Position numbers and translations under genes: made by a program. The notes beneath the pieces are model-generated. The model ran no database searches and was not told where the DNA came from. It saw nothing but the letters and a program-made list of their open reading frames with translations. A stretch of 63,579 nt of DNA, filler included, from Octopus bimaculoides (Eukaryota): NCBI RefSeq assembly GCF_001194135.2. It is 6 parts of 6 records of this genome, joined end to end, with 100 filler letters (N's around TTAATTAATTAA, not from the genome) between each part and the next. Parts side by side here need not be neighbours in the genome. Positions count along the whole stretch, not along the records: positions 62,025 to 63,579 come from NC_068985.1; 5 more parts are not named here. The stretch is one strand, 5' to 3'. Positions 61,925 to 63,579 of this stretch are shown piece by piece (the first letter of the stretch is position 1; every line of letters starts with the position of its first letter).

Positions 61925-63579
61925 NNNNNNNNNNNNNNNNNNNNNNNNNNNNNNNNNNNNNNNNNNNNTTAATTAATTAANNNNNNNNNNNNNNNNNNNN
62001 NNNNNNNNNNNNNNNNNNNNNNNNAATTACCGCTAGGCATTTCGCCCAGCGTGCTAAAGATTCTACCAGCTCACCGCCTTCGTAATAGTAATAATAATAA
62101 TCCTTTCTATTATAGGCATTAGGCCTGGAGATTTTTTGAGGAGGGGACTAGTCGATTACATCGACCCCAGAATTTCACTGGTACTTGATTTATCGACCCC
62201 GAAAGGAATGAAAGGCAAATTCAACCTGGGCGGAATTTGAACTCAGAGCGTAAAGACAGACGAAATGCCACTGAACATTTTGCCCGGCGTGCTAACGATT
62301 CTGCCAGTTCACCAATAATATTAGCCACACTGATGATGATGATGATGAAGAAGAATATTATCCATATTATCACTGAGTGAGAGAGCCACACTCCCTGTCA
62401 AAATTGACTCGTCTGTACAAATGCTTAGCGATATTTCGCCTGTCGCTATGTTCCGACTTCAAATTCCGCCGAGGTCGACTTTGGCTTTCATCCCTTCGGA
62501 GTCGATAAGATATTCTTAATATCACTCAGCAGATTCGAACGTGAATAGACTACTCGCTGATGTATATGTATACATATATGCATACGTAAATACATATATA
62601 TATATATACACCCGTTTATGTGTGTGTGCGTTTTCGCGTGTGTTTATGCAAATATTTGTATCTAATTAGTTTTAGTTCGCTTTTTTTCAGGCTGTCTGTA
62701 TACCTTTGTTAACATATAAGTAAACAGACAGACAGACAGACAGACAGAGACAGACAGACAGACAGATATATAGATAGATATCTTTATACTTCTCGATCAA
62801 TATGTATCTAAAACTCTTGCGTTGTTATCATACATGCGTCTATCTAATTTTATATTTTGATAAGTGTCCATCCAGCTAGTTATTTGTGGTTTCTATTGAC
62901 CGTTGCTGTATAATTTACCCAATTGTCTACCAGGCAGGCATACTGCTGCATATGGTTATGCACTTACGCCCATGAGCAGGAACACCCTGCACTCACACAA
63001 ACAATCACACATACACACACATTCACACACATACACAAGCGTTTACACGAAAAATATTGGTCTACTTAAACAATAGACATCAATATCCCTGTCTACGTAT
63101 TACCCAATAACAATAATTCTCTCGAGTCCCGTGTTCAAATCCCACCAGGATCGTCTTCGCTATTGAAATATCAGTAATATGTATTGTTTTGTTTCAATGG
63201 GTTGTCAGAGGTAGAGGAACAACGCCTGTGACATTTTGTTGTGCCTTTGAGACTGGTGTATATAAATATTTATATAAATGTATTGCTGAAATAGAATTTT
63301 AAATTATGTCTACACTAATCATGTAACTTTTCAGTTCAGCCATTTAAGAAGAACAAATTTCCAACTGAGGAAGAGCAGCATCCAATCATTTGTTGATTCT
63401 GCTATTACTAATGATAATGTAATAAAAACAAACAAAATGGAGAGGCAGAGAGACAGACAGACAGACAGACCTGAAGCTATGCAATAAAGGGCATATGGCG
63501 GTACTCGAGAACGATCTTATATATAATGGATGGAAGAGTCAACTTAGCTCATATTACACACACACACACACACACACAC

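Noticed and set aside
18897-61980. Five TTAATTAATTAA islands between N runs, superficially a regularly recurring motif
   Set aside because: Identical six-frame-stop linker in uniform N padding; a scaffolding artefact.

Overview
AT-rich, microsatellite- and SINE-dense eukaryotic genomic DNA with many N gaps. The repeat families and the N-TTAATTAATTAA-N scaffold joins suggest an octopus draft assembly (inference from repeat content). Three host-gene pieces are supported, all on the minus strand. (1) A multi-exon gene for an unidentified coiled-coil/low-complexity protein (exons about 3.2-16.5 kb) with consistent splice phases and a probable 23-nt micro-exon. (2) A compact 157-aa Ser/Thr/Pro-rich ORF (30479-30952) with a short 5'-UTR intron. 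(3) The last three coding exons of a DRAM (Frag1/DRAM/Sfk1 family) gene (39146-43313); its N-terminal exons were not found. The rest is mostly transposon debris: tRNA-derived SINEs, two mariner fragments, hAT, Merlin, RTE, R4/Dong-like, Gypsy gag, a Helentron-associated element and several foldback MITEs. The most notable observations are: a composite Pol III tRNA-head + (AAT)n + minimal hammerhead-ribozyme element in a DRAM intron on the sense strand; a palindrome with a hammerhead-like core in each arm; a Merlin-type MITE carrying (CCCTAA)n telomeric repeats inserted in a Merlin transposase relic; and a CRE-preceded locus at 25.9-28.0 kb with three diverged copies of a ~140-nt structured module plus a U3/snoRNA-like segment, possibly a non-coding RNA host gene. 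All structures were read by eye; no database search or folding program was run.
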